The notes: generated by a model from the letters alone, not told the origin. DNA of 64,000 nt from Pseudomonadota bacterium (GCA_027320085.1 DAHVLZ010000018.1:96214-160213), one strand, 5' to 3'. Positions 35,856-46,657 are shown, counted from the stretch's first letter. A program made the numbers and translations.

Positions 35856-36401
35856 TCAGAACAAACCGGTCTCAAGGCGAGCGGCATCACTCATGAGGCT
35901 CGAATTCCAAGGCGGGTCAAAGACGAGCTCGACGTCAACGGATTCGACAGCCGGAATTTCGAGCAGCTGTTCGCGGACATCGTGGGTGAGCATGCCACCC
36001 ATTCCACAGCCCGGGGCCGTCAAGGTCATGCGGACCCGGACCCGGTAACGCCCCTCCTCCAAATCCTCAAGTTTACACTCATAAACAAGTCCTAAGTCAA
36101 CGATATTAATAGGTATTTCTGGATCATAACAGTGGCCCAATTGTTTCCAAAGCAGCGCCTCCACTTCTTCCCGGCTGATTCCGTCCGGGATCACGAGTGG
36201 TTCCGGTGGGCTCAGGCCCAAGGCATCGGCATCCAAGCCGGCCACACGGACTAGGTTGCCACCCAGGTAGACGGTAAAAGACTGGCCGAGTGCCTGCGTC
36301 AAGGTCCCTTCCGTTCCCTCCGGAACGACCACCGGGGTTCCGGCAGGAATCAGGGTGGCCTCACAGGCCCGCTTGAAGCGAACAGGTTCGGACTTACGCA
36401 T
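35856..36401 (-). CDS. sufT: Fe-S assembly protein SufT (DUF59)
   Basis: QALG-x-SFTV, CYDPEIPINIVDLGLVY, MTLTAPGCGMG and FDPPW. Confidence 0.93.
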   Translation of the reverse strand: MRKSEPVRFKRACEATLIPAGTPVVVPEGTEGTLTQALGQSFTVYLGGNLVRVAGLDADALGLSPPEPLVIPDGISREEVEALLWKQLGHCYDPEIPINIVDLGLVYECKLEDLEEGRYRVRVRMTLTAPGCGMGGMLTHDVREQLLEIPAVESVDVELVFDPPWNSSLMSDAARLETGLF

Positions 36402-36864
36402 GCGGATCGGGTTCTGTAGTCACGGTCAGACCGCCTTGTTTCAATGCCGCCTGCAGGGTATGCCAGCCGAGGGTCGCGCATTTGACCCGGGTGGGATACT
36501 GCCGCACCCCGCCCAGAGCGGCGAGCTTGCCCAGCTCGAACCCAGCGGGCGGAGGGGTATCGGGCGGCTGAGTCAGGAAACCGCGTAGAGATTCAAAAAA
36601 CGAGAGCGCCTCATCCAGTGTTTTGCCCTTGAGGGATTCGGTCATGAGTGAAGAGGAGGCAGTCGAGATGGCACAGCCGGTTCCCTCGAAAGCGATCTCC
36701 CGGATACGGCTGTCTGTCAGCTCGACATACACGTGGACCTTGTCCCCACAAAGCGGGTTGAAACCCTGAGCTTCATGGGTGGCATGTTCCAGCCGACCGA
36801 AATTGCGGGGGCTCCGGTTATGATCCAGAATGATTTCCTGGTACAACGACAACAGACTGCTCAT
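36394..36864 (-). CDS. sufU: SUF system NifU-family protein SufU
   Basis: LYQEIILDH, NPLCGD, GCAISTAS and RVKCATL. Confidence 0.93.
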   Translation of the reverse strand: MSSLLSLYQEIILDHNRSPRNFGRLEHATHEAQGFNPLCGDKVHVYVELTDSRIREIAFEGTGCAISTASSSLMTESLKGKTLDEALSFFESLRGFLTQPPDTPPPAGFELGKLAALGGVRQYPTRVKCATLGWHTLQAALKQGGLTVTTEPDPHA

Positions 36865-38123
36865 CGGCCAAATAGCTCAAGCGCTTTTCCCAACGCTTCA
36901 ATCATGATGTCCACCTCGTTTTCGGTATTGTAGAACGCGAAGGAAGCCCGGACGGTCGCCGGCACTCGGTAATGTTCCATGAGCGGCATGGCGCAGTGAT
37001 GCCCGGCCCGAACCGCGACCCCCTGCTGGTCCAGCACGGTGCCGATATCATGCGGGTGAATCCCGTCCAGAACGAAGGAAACGATGGCGGCCCGCTCCCG
37101 GGGCTCACCGATCAGGCGGATGCGAGGGATCTCGCGCAGGCGGCGCAGTGCATGTTCGGCCACCTGGTTCTCTTGGTTCTGGATGTCTGTGTATCCGACG
37201 GATTCCAGGTACCGGATGGCTTCTGCGATCCCGATCGCCTGAGCGATCGGCGGAGTGCCCGCCTCGAAACGCTGCGGCGGGGCCGCGAAGAGGGTTTTCT
37301 GGAAGGTGACGGAGGTGATCATGTCGCCTCCACCTTGCCAGGGTGGCAGGCGTTCCAACCAGGAGGATTTACCGTAGAGCACGCCGATCCCGGTCGGTCC
37401 GTAGAGCTTGTGGCCGGAAAAAACATAGAAATCGCAATCGAGGGCGGTCACATCGACCGGGAGATGGGGAATGGCTTGGGCGCCATCGATGAGAACGACA
37501 GCACCCTGCTCGTGCGCCAGACGAATCCAGGGTGTGAGGTGATTGACCGTTCCCAGCGCATTTGAGACATGGGCCAGGGCCAGGATCCGGGTTTTGGGGC
37601 CAAACAGCCGCATCCCGGCCTCGCTATCGAGGTCACCATTTTCCAGAATGGGGATCACCCGGAGGTGGGCTCCTGTTTTCTCGCAGATCAGCTGCCAAGG
37701 CACGATGTTGGAATGATGCTCCAGTTCGGACAGGATGATTTCATCCCCCGGCTGGATCAGTACCTGGCCCAGGACCTGAGCAATGAGGTTGATAGATTCC
37801 GTGGTCCCCCGGGTAAAGATGATTTCAGAAGGGGAGTGGGCGTGGAGAAAGCCGGCCACGGTTTTGCGGGCCTCTTCATACAGCGTGGTGGAAAGTTCGC
37901 TCAGGAAATGGACTCCCCGATGCACATTTGCGTTCTGTTTTTCAAAATACTCGGACATCACGCGAATGACAGGTCGGGGTTTTTGGGTGGTTGCGGCATT
38001 GTCGAAGTAGACGAGGGGGCTGCCGTGAACCTGCTCGTGCAAGAGCGGAAAGTCGTCGCGCAGAGCCTGGATCCTTTCCGCCAGGGAAACCGGTTTCGTT
38101 TGAGAGGAGAGGGGGCTGGACAT
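36861..38123 (-). CDS. sufS: Cysteine desulfurase SufS
   Basis: YFDNAATTQKP, EHHSN, DGAQ, SGHK and RAGHHCA motifs. Confidence 0.97.
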   Translation of the reverse strand: MSSPLSSQTKPVSLAERIQALRDDFPLLHEQVHGSPLVYFDNAATTQKPRPVIRVMSEYFEKQNANVHRGVHFLSELSTTLYEEARKTVAGFLHAHSPSEIIFTRGTTESINLIAQVLGQVLIQPGDEIILSELEHHSNIVPWQLICEKTGAHLRVIPILENGDLDSEAGMRLFGPKTRILALAHVSNALGTVNHLTPWIRLAHEQGAVVLIDGAQAIPHLPVDVTALDCDFYVFSGHKLYGPTGIGVLYGKSSWLERLPPWQGGGDMITSVTFQKTLFAAPPQRFEAGTPPIAQAIGIAEAIRYLESVGYTDIQNQENQVAEHALRRLREIPRIRLIGEPRERAAIVSFVLDGIHPHDIGTVLDQQGVAVRAGHHCAMPLMEHYRVPATVRASFAFYNTENEVDIMIEALGKALELFGR

Positions 38124-38130
38124 GGGCCGA

Positions 38131-39384
38131 TCACTCCATTCCGGGCAGAATCCGGCTGACGGCCTCCTGCCAGGCAGTTTTCAGGGCACCCGGCGGAAGC
38201 TTCTCCAGGAAGCCGCCAGCAAAGGCCAGGGTCAAGAGGTGGCGGGCCTGTGTTTCAGCGAGGCCCCGAGAACGGAGGTAAAAAAGCGAATCGGGATCCA
38301 GGGCCCCACTCGTGGAACCATGCGAGCAGCGGACGTCGTCCACGGCAATTTCGAGTGACGGCCGGCTGCGTGACTGGGCGGTCGGATCAAGCAGCAGATG
38401 ATGGTTTTTCTGGGTAGCCTCGCAGCCCGAAGCCCCGTGTTTCATGTGGACCTGCCCTCCATAAATGCTCATGCCCTGGCCCGCCACGATCGAATGAAAG
38501 CATTGATGGCTCGAGGTTCCGGGACAAGCATGAACGATCCAGGTCTGGCGGTCATGGTGTTCGCCCCGGCCGGCCAAGGTCAGTCCCTCCAGTCGGGCCT
38601 CGCTCCCGGGTCCCGACAGAACGACATGGTGCTCATGACGCAGAAGCGCGGTGGATGCATCAAAGGCATATCCCGTGTAATGGCTGTCGGGGCCGAGCCG
38701 GATCGCACTCAGGCTCGCGGCTTGCGTATTGCCATCTCCGGTCTGTTCTAGGTAATGCGTCAGCGCGGCATCCGGCGCGAGCAGGATTTCAGTGACGGTG
38801 TTGACCCGCTGGGGTTGTGATCCGGGCGGCGCCGACCGATCCGGCCGGGGCTCGAATCCCCAGCGATGGCGCTCGATCACCGAGGCTTGGGACCCTTTGC
38901 CAAGATGGATCAGCACACGGGGGAAAAGGTGCCGCGCCCCTGTTTCCGAACGGCACGCCGGATCAGTCGGGTTGCGGGTGCTGAGAACGATTTCGATGGG
39001 TTCGTGAACCACGAGACCATCGGGTATTTCAAGCAGGAGGCCATCTTCGAAGGCCTGCGTATTCCACTCACTGAGTACACGCCCGGAAGCCCGGGCCACT
39101 TGACCGACCCAGGGGAGCAGGAGATCAGGGGCTTTTTGGAAAGCCTGGCGGAATGACAGGGCCCGCCAGCCGGATCTGCGCTTCGGAACCTGGATAACCG
39201 GACGCAGCGACGTCGGAGGGGTATCCGCCGACCACTCAAACAGCCGGGTTCGAGTGTATTTCCATGACTCGTCCCGTTTTGTCTGGAGAGCCGGCTTGGC
39301 CCGGAGACCGGAGCACCAGTCTTCCCAGGACAGCCTCTGATCCAGAGGCTTGGGTGCCCCCCCGGGCTCCAAGGGGGCATTCAT
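38131..39384 (-). CDS. sufD: Fe-S assembly protein SufD (divergent)
   Basis: ESWKYT, PSLEIAVDDVRCSHG and LFYLRSRGL. Confidence 0.9.
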   Translation of the reverse strand: MNAPLEPGGAPKPLDQRLSWEDWCSGLRAKPALQTKRDESWKYTRTRLFEWSADTPPTSLRPVIQVPKRRSGWRALSFRQAFQKAPDLLLPWVGQVARASGRVLSEWNTQAFEDGLLLEIPDGLVVHEPIEIVLSTRNPTDPACRSETGARHLFPRVLIHLGKGSQASVIERHRWGFEPRPDRSAPPGSQPQRVNTVTEILLAPDAALTHYLEQTGDGNTQAASLSAIRLGPDSHYTGYAFDASTALLRHEHHVVLSGPGSEARLEGLTLAGRGEHHDRQTWIVHACPGTSSHQCFHSIVAGQGMSIYGGQVHMKHGASGCEATQKNHHLLLDPTAQSRSRPSLEIAVDDVRCSHGSTSGALDPDSLFYLRSRGLAETQARHLLTLAFAGGFLEKLPPGALKTAWQEAVSRILPGME

Positions 39385-40139
39385 GCGCGTTGCTCCTTAA
39401 GCAGCCAGTCATAACCCCGTTTCTCGAGCATTGGGGCGAGGTCAGCATCACCGGATTGGACCATCCGGCCATTGATGAGAACGTGAATCCGGTCCGGGCG
39501 GAGGTGGTCCAGCATGCGCTGGTAGTGCGTCACAAGGAGAAACGAGCGTTGGGAATCCCGCATGGATTCGATCCCATGGGCTACCGTGCGCAGTGCATCG
39601 ATGTCCAGCCCCGAATCGGTTTCGTCCAGAAGCGCCAGGCGAGGTTCCAAAAGACGCATCTGCAGAATCTCGTTGCGCTTTTTCTCGCCGCCCGAAAAAC
39701 CCTGATTGACGGCTCGCTCGAGCAGTTCCGGTTTCATTCCCATCTGCTCGAGCGCAGAGCGAGATCGTGACAGGAAATCCAGCGCATCCCATTCGGGCAA
39801 TCCCCGAGTTTTCCGGATGGCGTTGACGATGGTCCTCAGAAAAAGGGCATTGCCAAGACCGGGAATTTCAACCGGGTACTGGAAAGCCAAGAAAAGCCCC
39901 CGGTGGGCGCGCTCTTCCGTCTTGAGCGCAAGCAGGTCTTCTCCCGCAAAACGCACCTGGCCCTGCCGGATCGTGTAGGTCTCGGATCCCGCAAGCGTCT
40001 GGACCAGGGTGCTTTTCCCGGAACCGTTCGGCCCCATGATGACGTGCATTTCGCCGGCTGGAACTTCGAGATCGATGCCCTGGAGTACCGGCCGGTCACC
40101 GACCGACACATGGAGATTTTTAATTTCAAGAAGATTCAT
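39381..40139 (-). CDS. sufC: Fe-S assembly ATPase SufC
   Basis: [28 protein letters not shown] and LDETDSGLD; ATG at 40139 overlaps the sufB stop. Confidence 0.97.
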   Translation of the reverse strand: MNLLEIKNLHVSVGDRPVLQGIDLEVPAGEMHVIMGPNGSGKSTLVQTLAGSETYTIRQGQVRFAGEDLLALKTEERAHRGLFLAFQYPVEIPGLGNALFLRTIVNAIRKTRGLPEWDALDFLSRSRSALEQMGMKPELLERAVNQGFSGGEKKRNEILQMRLLEPRLALLDETDSGLDIDALRTVAHGIESMRDSQRSFLLVTHYQRMLDHLRPDRIHVLINGRMVQSGDADLAPMLEKRGYDWLLKEQRA

Positions 40140-41581
40140 CCCACCGCTCCTTCGAGAGTCACGGACAACAGTTTCTGGGCTTCTACGGCGAATTCGAGCG
40201 GCAGTTTGAGCAGGACATCCCGGCAAAACCCGTTGACGATGAGACCGGTTGCTTCCTCTTCTGTCAGTCCCCGTTGCCGACAGTAAAAAAGTTGAGCAGC
40301 CGAGATTTTTGAGGTGGTGGCCTCGTGCTCGGCACGGGCCGATGCGTTTTCCACCTCGATCACCGGAAAGGTGTCGGCCCGGGCATCCGAACCGATCAAC
40401 AGGGAATCACACTGGGTGTAGTTACGGGCCGTCTGGGCCGCCGGCCCCATCCGGACGAGTCCCCGGTAGGCATTGTGACCATGTCCGGCCGAGATACCCT
40501 TGGACAGGATGGTGCTCCGGGTTCGACGACCGAGATGGATCATCTTGGTTCCGGTATCGGCTTGCTGGTAGTTGCGCGCCACGGCAATTGAATAAAACTC
40601 GCCCACACTGTCATCTCCCCTCAACACACAGCTTGGATATTTCCAGGTGATCGCGGATCCGGTTTCGACCTGGACCCAGGAAATATGGGAACGGTCGCCT
40701 CGGCATTCCCCCCGTTTGGTCACAAAATTGTAGATACCCCCTTCTCCCCGTTCATTGCCGGGATACCAGTTCTGGACCGTGGCATAGCGGATCTCGGCGT
40801 CTTTGAGGGCAACGAGCTCGACAACGGCCGCATGCAGCTGGTTCTCGTCGCGCATGGGTGCCGTGCAGCCCTCCAGATAGCTCACGCTGGCGCCTTCATC
40901 GGCAATGATCAGCGTACGCTCAAACTGTCCGGTTTTCGCGGCATTGATGCGGAAATATGTCGACAGTTCAAGCGGGCATCGAACCCCCTTGGGAATGTAG
41001 ACAAAAGAGCCATCTGTAAAGACGGCCGAGTTCAGTGCCGCAAAGAAGTTGTCGCCGGGTGGAACGACGGTTCCCAGATAGGTTCGTACCAAATCCGGAT
41101 AATCCCGGATGGCCTCAGAAATCGGACAGAACACCACACCGGCCTGAGCCAGGGTTTCTCGGAAGGTCGTGGCCACCGAGACGCTGTCAAAAACCGCATC
41201 GACAGCAACGCCTGCGAGAGCGGCCCGTTCGTGCAGGGGAATTCCCAGCTTTTCGTAGGTCTCGAGGAGCTTGGGATCGATGTCTTCGAGCGAACCGACG
41301 GAAGGGCGGGATTTCGGCGAGGAGTAGTAGGAAAATCCCTGGTAATCAATCGGGTCATAGCGAGCGATGGACCAGTGGGGTTCTTTCATCCGTTGCCAGC
41401 CGTGAAAGGCAGCCAACCGCCAGTCCCTCATGAAATCGGGTTCCTGCTTGATGGCCGATAAACGCTGGATCATGGCCTCATCCAGACCAGGCGGAAAGGT
41501 CTCCTGCTCAATGTCGGTCACAAATCCGGCCGTGTAGTTCCGCTGAATCAGGGACTCCAGGTTCTGGGATTCGGCGCTCAA
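40136..41581 (-). CDS. sufB: Fe-S assembly protein SufB
   Basis: [37 protein letters not shown] and EHEATTS. Confidence 0.98.
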   Translation of the reverse strand: MSAESQNLESLIQRNYTAGFVTDIEQETFPPGLDEAMIQRLSAIKQEPDFMRDWRLAAFHGWQRMKEPHWSIARYDPIDYQGFSYYSSPKSRPSVGSLEDIDPKLLETYEKLGIPLHERAALAGVAVDAVFDSVSVATTFRETLAQAGVVFCPISEAIRDYPDLVRTYLGTVVPPGDNFFAALNSAVFTDGSFVYIPKGVRCPLELSTYFRINAAKTGQFERTLIIADEGASVSYLEGCTAPMRDENQLHAAVVELVALKDAEIRYATVQNWYPGNERGEGGIYNFVTKRGECRGDRSHISWVQVETGSAITWKYPSCVLRGDDSVGEFYSIAVARNYQQADTGTKMIHLGRRTRSTILSKGISAGHGHNAYRGLVRMGPAAQTARNYTQCDSLLIGSDARADTFPVIEVENASARAEHEATTSKISAAQLFYCRQRGLTEEEATGLIVNGFCRDVLLKLPLEFAVEAQKLLSVTLEGAVG

Positions 41582-42081
41582 GGGCTGGGGCTCCGTTTAC
41601 GGGTGTTGACGTCGGAAACATCGGTCGATCCGGACGGCCGGGACGGAGAAGAGACCGAGCGGATCGAGGAACGGTAGAGGCCTTGGGCGGTCAGGTCCTG
41701 CAAGGTGATTTTCGACAGCGCCTCGCGCAGCACCTGGTTGATCCGCTGCCAGGGCGGACTCACCGCACAAAAACCCTCACGATCGCAGACATGGGCCGCG
41801 AGTCCACACTCAATGACGGCCACCCGGCCTTCCAATGCTTCCAGAATTTCAAGTGCTGTCATGGTACTGGCCGGTCGGGCCAGACGGTACCCACCATGAG
41901 GGCCGCGTTGGGACTCAAGCAGATGGGCACGGACCAGCATTTTGAGCAGCTTGCCGACCGTGGCATAGGAAAGATGGGTTTCCTGCGACAGTTCGGTTGC
42001 CGTTTTCCAGGGAAGGTTTTGCCGATCCATGGCTGCAAGCAGCACGGTTCCATAGTCGGTCAACTTGCGGATGCGCAACAT
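41578..42081 (-). CDS. Rrf2-family SUF system transcriptional regulator
   Basis: [11 protein letters not shown] and S-x-RG-x-x-GGY-x-LAR wHTH; three Cys (EC-x5-C-x5-C) as in Fe-S-binding IscR-like proteins. Confidence 0.92.
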   Translation of the reverse strand: MLRIRKLTDYGTVLLAAMDRQNLPWKTATELSQETHLSYATVGKLLKMLVRAHLLESQRGPHGGYRLARPASTMTALEILEALEGRVAVIECGLAAHVCDREGFCAVSPPWQRINQVLREALSKITLQDLTAQGLYRSSIRSVSSPSRPSGSTDVSDVNTRKRSPSP

Positions 42082-42109
42082 CGAAATGGCCCCAACTCTT
42101 CACCAGATC

Positions 42110-42134
42110 GTACAAGACTATTTTAGTCCAAATA
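42110..42134. promoter_or_regulatory. Putative Rrf2/IscR-type operator upstream of the suf operon
   Basis: GACTA-TTT-TAGTC perfect inverted repeat at 42116-42128, matching the IscR type-1 core GACTRwwwYAGTC; about 35 nt upstream of the Rrf2 ATG. Confidence 0.75.
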
Positions 42135-42419
42135 ACGGAAGAGCGCCACAGTCAAGGCGAAGAGAGGAGGGCATGGAGTGGCGGGGGCACACGCCTGAGA
42201 TCCTGGATGACCGCGGGCCGTCCATGGGTCGGCGGATGATGGACGGCGTGGCCGGTGGCCCCAATCGGTTTGAGTGGGTGAGGGCAAGCCGGCTGTAGCT
42301 CCGGATGTTGTCTCGGGCATCTGCTCATCAGGCGCCCGTGGAATCCGAGGCCTTTCCTTGGGAGATGTTTTTCGGATAACCCTGAACACCCGGTTACCGG
42401 GTGCCGATTTCGTGGATGT

Positions 42420-44024
42420 TTATCCGAATTCCGGAAAGTCCCAGATCTCAGGGTCAGTGCAAGCCCAGGACGGCAACTCTTCGCCCGCGATGAGGTGATG
42501 GGTGTAAAGCGAGGCCAACTTGGAAAAACGGGCATCCTGAACACCCAGGCCATAAAGCAGGGCCACACTGGCTGCATCGGCAAGGATGCGGAGTCGGTTT
42601 TTCGCTGACCACTGGAGCGCCGCCTCCGTTTCGGTCCCCATCCCCTCCACCGTTTTACGGACTTGGGCCCAGGCGAGTCGGGCTTCCGGCGTGTGCGCCT
42701 CGTCCAGGGCGGTTCCCAGCCATTCGAGGAAGGGCTCATGCGCTTTTTTCTTCCGAATGACCTCGAGGAGTTCCAGGGCCTGGATGTTGCTCGTCCCTTC
42801 CCAGATGGGAGTAATCAGGGCCTCCCGGTGCCAGCGGGCCACAGCGAACTCTTCAAGAAAGCCCAGCCCGCCAAACAACTCCATGGCCAGTGCAGTGATC
42901 CGGCTGGCATGTTCAGCCGTCCGGTTCTTGGCAAGATGGCTCCACAGCCGGGCCTGGTGGTAGGGCAGCGGGTACGGGGGTTTCGACTGCCAGACCTGGT
43001 CGAACTGGCTGACAGCCATGAAGGCCAGAGCCAGTCCACCGGCTTGCCGGACACGCATTTCGGCCAGGTCCCGGCGGACCAGGGGATGACCCATGATCGT
43101 CTGGCCGAAGGCTGATCGTCTCCGCACCCGGAACTGGGATTCAAGCAGGGATTTCGCGGCGATCCCCATGCTGGCAATGGCGTTGGCGATGCGGGAGACG
43201 GTCAGAACCTCCATCGTGTAATAGATCCCTTCTTTCGGATCCCCGATCAACAGGGCTTCCGCATTGACGAGCTCGACCTCTCCTGAGGGCACAGCGCGTG
43301 TGGCGGACTTGTTCTTGAGGCGGCGGACATGGAAGTTGAGGCTGCCATCCGCAGTGAGACGAGGCAGGAGGAAAAGGGCGAGACCCTTGGCGCCCGGGGG
43401 GGCACCTTCGGGGCGGGCAGTCGTGAGCGCCCAGTCGGTCAGCCCTGCACCACTTGCAAAGTACTTGTCTCCATCGTGCAGCCGCCAGTTCCCACGGGAA
43501 TCGACGACGGCACGGGTCCGGTTGGCCCCGAGGTCGTTGCCTCCCTGATTTTCGGTCATCCAGGTGGCCCCCCAATACTGGCCGGACAGCAATTTTTCCT
43601 TGATGGACGCCAGTTGGGGAGCATATTTGTGGAGCGCATACGCGGTTTGCCCGGTGATCGTCAGGATGCAGTACAGACCGGGGTCAGCCAACAGATAGCC
43701 CAGTGCAAAGTGGTGCTGCCATGACCCACCCTGATAGGGTGGCAGCAGAATAGAGGCCAGTTTCGGCAGGATCCCGGCCTCGACGGGCGACAGGCGAACT
43801 CGGTCGATGCGCTGTCCGTCGAGATCGTGATGAATCAGGACCGGCGGGCTTTCCTGGTCAATGTGGTAGGCGGCCTGATAGATTTCCCGGCCACACCAGG
43901 CACCGAAGCTCTGGAGTTCTCCCTGATGGTCCGGATAGGCGGGCCAGCAGTACGGGAGGATCGCCTGCAGGTCGGCATCGAGCAGGAAATGGTTTTGGCC
44001 GAAAGCGTAAGAAAGGTGTTGCAT
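42420..44024 (-). CDS. Acyl-CoA dehydrogenase family protein, AidB-like
   Basis: WMTENQGGNDL, GDKYFASG, RRLKNK, R-x-AFG, GGLGFLEE and IWEGTSNIQAL. Confidence 0.88.
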   Translation of the reverse strand: MQHLSYAFGQNHFLLDADLQAILPYCWPAYPDHQGELQSFGAWCGREIYQAAYHIDQESPPVLIHHDLDGQRIDRVRLSPVEAGILPKLASILLPPYQGGSWQHHFALGYLLADPGLYCILTITGQTAYALHKYAPQLASIKEKLLSGQYWGATWMTENQGGNDLGANRTRAVVDSRGNWRLHDGDKYFASGAGLTDWALTTARPEGAPPGAKGLALFLLPRLTADGSLNFHVRRLKNKSATRAVPSGEVELVNAEALLIGDPKEGIYYTMEVLTVSRIANAIASMGIAAKSLLESQFRVRRRSAFGQTIMGHPLVRRDLAEMRVRQAGGLALAFMAVSQFDQVWQSKPPYPLPYHQARLWSHLAKNRTAEHASRITALAMELFGGLGFLEEFAVARWHREALITPIWEGTSNIQALELLEVIRKKKAHEPFLEWLGTALDEAHTPEARLAWAQVRKTVEGMGTETEAALQWSAKNRLRILADAASVALLYGLGVQDARFSKLASLYTHHLIAGEELPSWACTDPEIWDFPEFG

Positions 44025-44159
44025 GCTTGACCCCAAACTAGCCTGTTTCACAGCATAGGCCAAACCCGGATCTGCCTGCTCGTCTCAGCCGTCCGGATAA
44101 CCATGGCATAATGCGCCAGGCTGTCTTCCACATTCTTCCAGCGACCTTAATCAAATTAC

Positions 44160-45476
44160 ATGATCGACATCAAGCTTCTGAGACAGGATCCTGGTGGGGT
44201 CGCATCGCAGCTGGCGCGGCGTGGATTCCGGATGGACATCGATTGGTACATCAGCCAGGAGGCGGAACGCAAGATCCACCAGACGAGTCTTGAAGAACTG
44301 CGCAAGCAGCGCAATGAAGGTTCGAAAAGGGTAGGTGAGCTCAAGTCCATGAAATCCGAGCCCCATGAGCTCGGCGTGCAACTTGAAAAATTGGCCAAGC
44401 TAGACCGGGAACTCGTCGATGCCGAACAGGCTTTCCAAAAGCTCAGCGCAAGCCTGGAGGCCTTCTATCTCACTCTTCCGAACCTGCCGGATCCCTCTGT
44501 TCCGGATGGAATGGATGAAAACGCGAACCAGGAAATCCGACGATGGGGCACGGCCCCGGACTTCGCTTTTGAGCCGCGAGATCACATTGAACTGGGCGAG
44601 ATGATCCAGGCAATGGATTTTTCGTCGGCAAGCGAAATGACGGGCGCCCGCTTTGTCGTTCTCAAGGGCATTCTGGCCCGACTCCAGCGTGCTTTGATCG
44701 CCTTCATGCTGGACTGGCATGCACGGGAATATGGCTACGAGGAAGTCTATGTCCCCCACCTCGTCAATCGGCAGAGCCTCACCGGAACCGGAAACCTGCC
44801 GAAGTTTGAGTCCGACCTGTTCCGGGTCGGACCGGATGTCGACTGGTTCCTGATCCCCACGGGAGAGGTGCCTGTCACGAACCTGGCCCGCAACCGCGTG
44901 TTCCTGAGGCCTGAACTGCCCAAGCAGTGGGTTGCACACACGCCCTGCTACCGTTCCGAGGCCGGCTCTTACGGGAAGGATCTCCGGGGCATGATCCGCC
45001 AGCACCAGTTCGAGAAGGTGGAACTGGTCCAGATCACGATTCCGGAGGAGTCGCCTGCAGCGCATGAACGGCTGGTCGAACATGCCGCATCGGTTCTGAT
45101 GCAGCTGGAACTGCCGTACCGGGTGATGCTGCTGTGCGGTGGGGATACCGGCTTTGCATCTGCGAAAACCTACGATCTCGAAGTCTGGCTCCCCAGCCAG
45201 AAGCGCTACCGGGAAATCTCCTCCTGCAGCAATTTTCGGGATTTCCAGGCGCGGCGCCTGAATGCCCGCTGGAAGGTGGATGCGAAGTCGAAGCCGGATT
45301 GGGTCCATACCCTGAACGGATCCGGACTGGCTGTCGGACGCACGCTGCTCGCGCTTTTGGAAAACCGGCAGGACGAAAGGGGAGGGGTCAGCATTCCCTC
45401 CTGTCTCCAGTCCTATCTCGGTGGGGTCCGTGAAATCCGGAGAACGGATGGAGGCGTGGAGCGCCCGGCCGAATGA
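44160..45476 (+). CDS. serS: Serine--tRNA ligase
   Basis: MIDIKLLR, LIPTGEVP, YRSEAGSYG, RQHQFEKVE, EISSCSN and HTLNGSGLAVGR. Confidence 0.99.
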   Translation: MIDIKLLRQDPGGVASQLARRGFRMDIDWYISQEAERKIHQTSLEELRKQRNEGSKRVGELKSMKSEPHELGVQLEKLAKLDRELVDAEQAFQKLSASLEAFYLTLPNLPDPSVPDGMDENANQEIRRWGTAPDFAFEPRDHIELGEMIQAMDFSSASEMTGARFVVLKGILARLQRALIAFMLDWHAREYGYEEVYVPHLVNRQSLTGTGNLPKFESDLFRVGPDVDWFLIPTGEVPVTNLARNRVFLRPELPKQWVAHTPCYRSEAGSYGKDLRGMIRQHQFEKVELVQITIPEESPAAHERLVEHAASVLMQLELPYRVMLLCGGDTGFASAKTYDLEVWLPSQKRYREISSCSNFRDFQARRLNARWKVDAKSKPDWVHTLNGSGLAVGRTLLALLENRQDERGGVSIPSCLQSYLGGVREIRRTDGGVERPAE

Positions 45477-46657
45477 TTGCCCGTCGGACCGTTTTCTGGC
45501 CCTTGGGATTTGTGCTGGCTCTCGGGGTGGTCAGCCTGTTTGCGGATGCGAACTACGAGGGAGGGCGCGGTCTCGCCGGCCCCTTCCTTCTTTTTCTGGG
45601 CGCGTCCCCTATGGGAATCGGCCTCCTGAGCGGGATTATCGAGTTTTTCCAGTTTGGCGGGCGCTGGATCGGGGGCGTCTGGACCGAATGGGGGAAGAAA
45701 CCGTGGCGCGTTTTGGTCGTCGGATATGCCCTTAACCTGTTTGCCCTACCCGCCCTGGTGTTCGCCCATGCCCTCTGGGTCGCCTTGCTGCTTTTCGCAT
45801 GCGAACGTTTGGGGCGTGGAATCCGAAATCCGGTGAAAAACCGCCTGCTCTCGATCGCGGGATCTGAGATGGGACACGGCCGGGCGTTTGGGATTTACGA
45901 AATCCTGGACCAGACCGGCGCCGTCATTGGGCCACTGTGTTTGACGTTCTGGCTTCTGGTGCACTCATTGCACACCGCTTTCGCCCTTCTGGCCATACCG
46001 GCCGTGCTCGCCATGGCCAATCTGGTCGTGGCTTACCGTTTTTCCCCTGACAACGCGCGAATGCAACCCGACAGAGAAAAGGAGGCCGCGATGAAAGTTG
46101 CGCGGGGCGAGGGGGGACGAGGTGCGTTTATGCGTTGGGCCATCCTGCTTGCGGCTGCCGGCGGCAGTTATCTCTTTATCGGTTATGCCCTGGTGGCTGA
46201 ACGGCACTGGACGGCCAGCGCCATCGCCGGAGGCTTCGCCCTCGTCATGGCCTGTGATGGCCTGGGGGCTCTCGCAGCCGGCATACTCTACGACCGGATC
46301 GGCCGCCGAGCGCTCTATCTCTTGCCGCTGTTGCTGGTTTGGGCCATGGCCTTGATCTTCTGGAGCAGGGGTCCTTTCCTATGGGTGGGCCTCTCGCTCT
46401 GGGGCGTCCAGCTGGGATGTCAGGAAACGCTGATCCCGGCGGATTTCGGTGCCCGGGAGCCACGGCCCAGTACCCGTGCATACGGCTCCTTGGGATTCAT
46501 GCTGGGAACCGGCCAGATGGCTGGAACTGCAATTCTGGGATTCCTGTTCGCCCTGGCACCCACACTGATCCCGATCTGGATTGCCGGGCTGTGCCTCCTG
46601 GGCGGGATTGGGGTCTTCCGTGACCTGAGCCAGCAGTCAGCAGCCCAGGGAATCTGA
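45473..46657 (+). CDS. MFS transporter
   Basis: About 12 TM helices; FADANYEG, ERLGRGIRNP and G-x-LYDRIGRR motif A; ATGA overlap with serS. Confidence 0.88.
   Translation: MIARRTVFWPLGFVLALGVVSLFADANYEGGRGLAGPFLLFLGASPMGIGLLSGIIEFFQFGGRWIGGVWTEWGKKPWRVLVVGYALNLFALPALVFAHALWVALLLFACERLGRGIRNPVKNRLLSIAGSEMGHGRAFGIYEILDQTGAVIGPLCLTFWLLVHSLHTAFALLAIPAVLAMANLVVAYRFSPDNARMQPDREKEAAMKVARGEGGRGAFMRWAILLAAAGGSYLFIGYALVAERHWTASAIAGGFALVMACDGLGALAAGILYDRIGRRALYLLPLLLVWAMALIFWSRGPFLWVGLSLWGVQLGCQETLIPADFGAREPRPSTRAYGSLGFMLGTGQMAGTAILGFLFALAPTLIPIWIAGLCLLGGIGVFRDLSQQSAAQGI

Noticed and set aside
42173-42298. 41-codon ORF after AGAGGAGG, divergent from the suf operon
   Set aside because: RBS-to-ATG spacing is only 2 nt and the peptide has no recognisable features; unsupported without expression data
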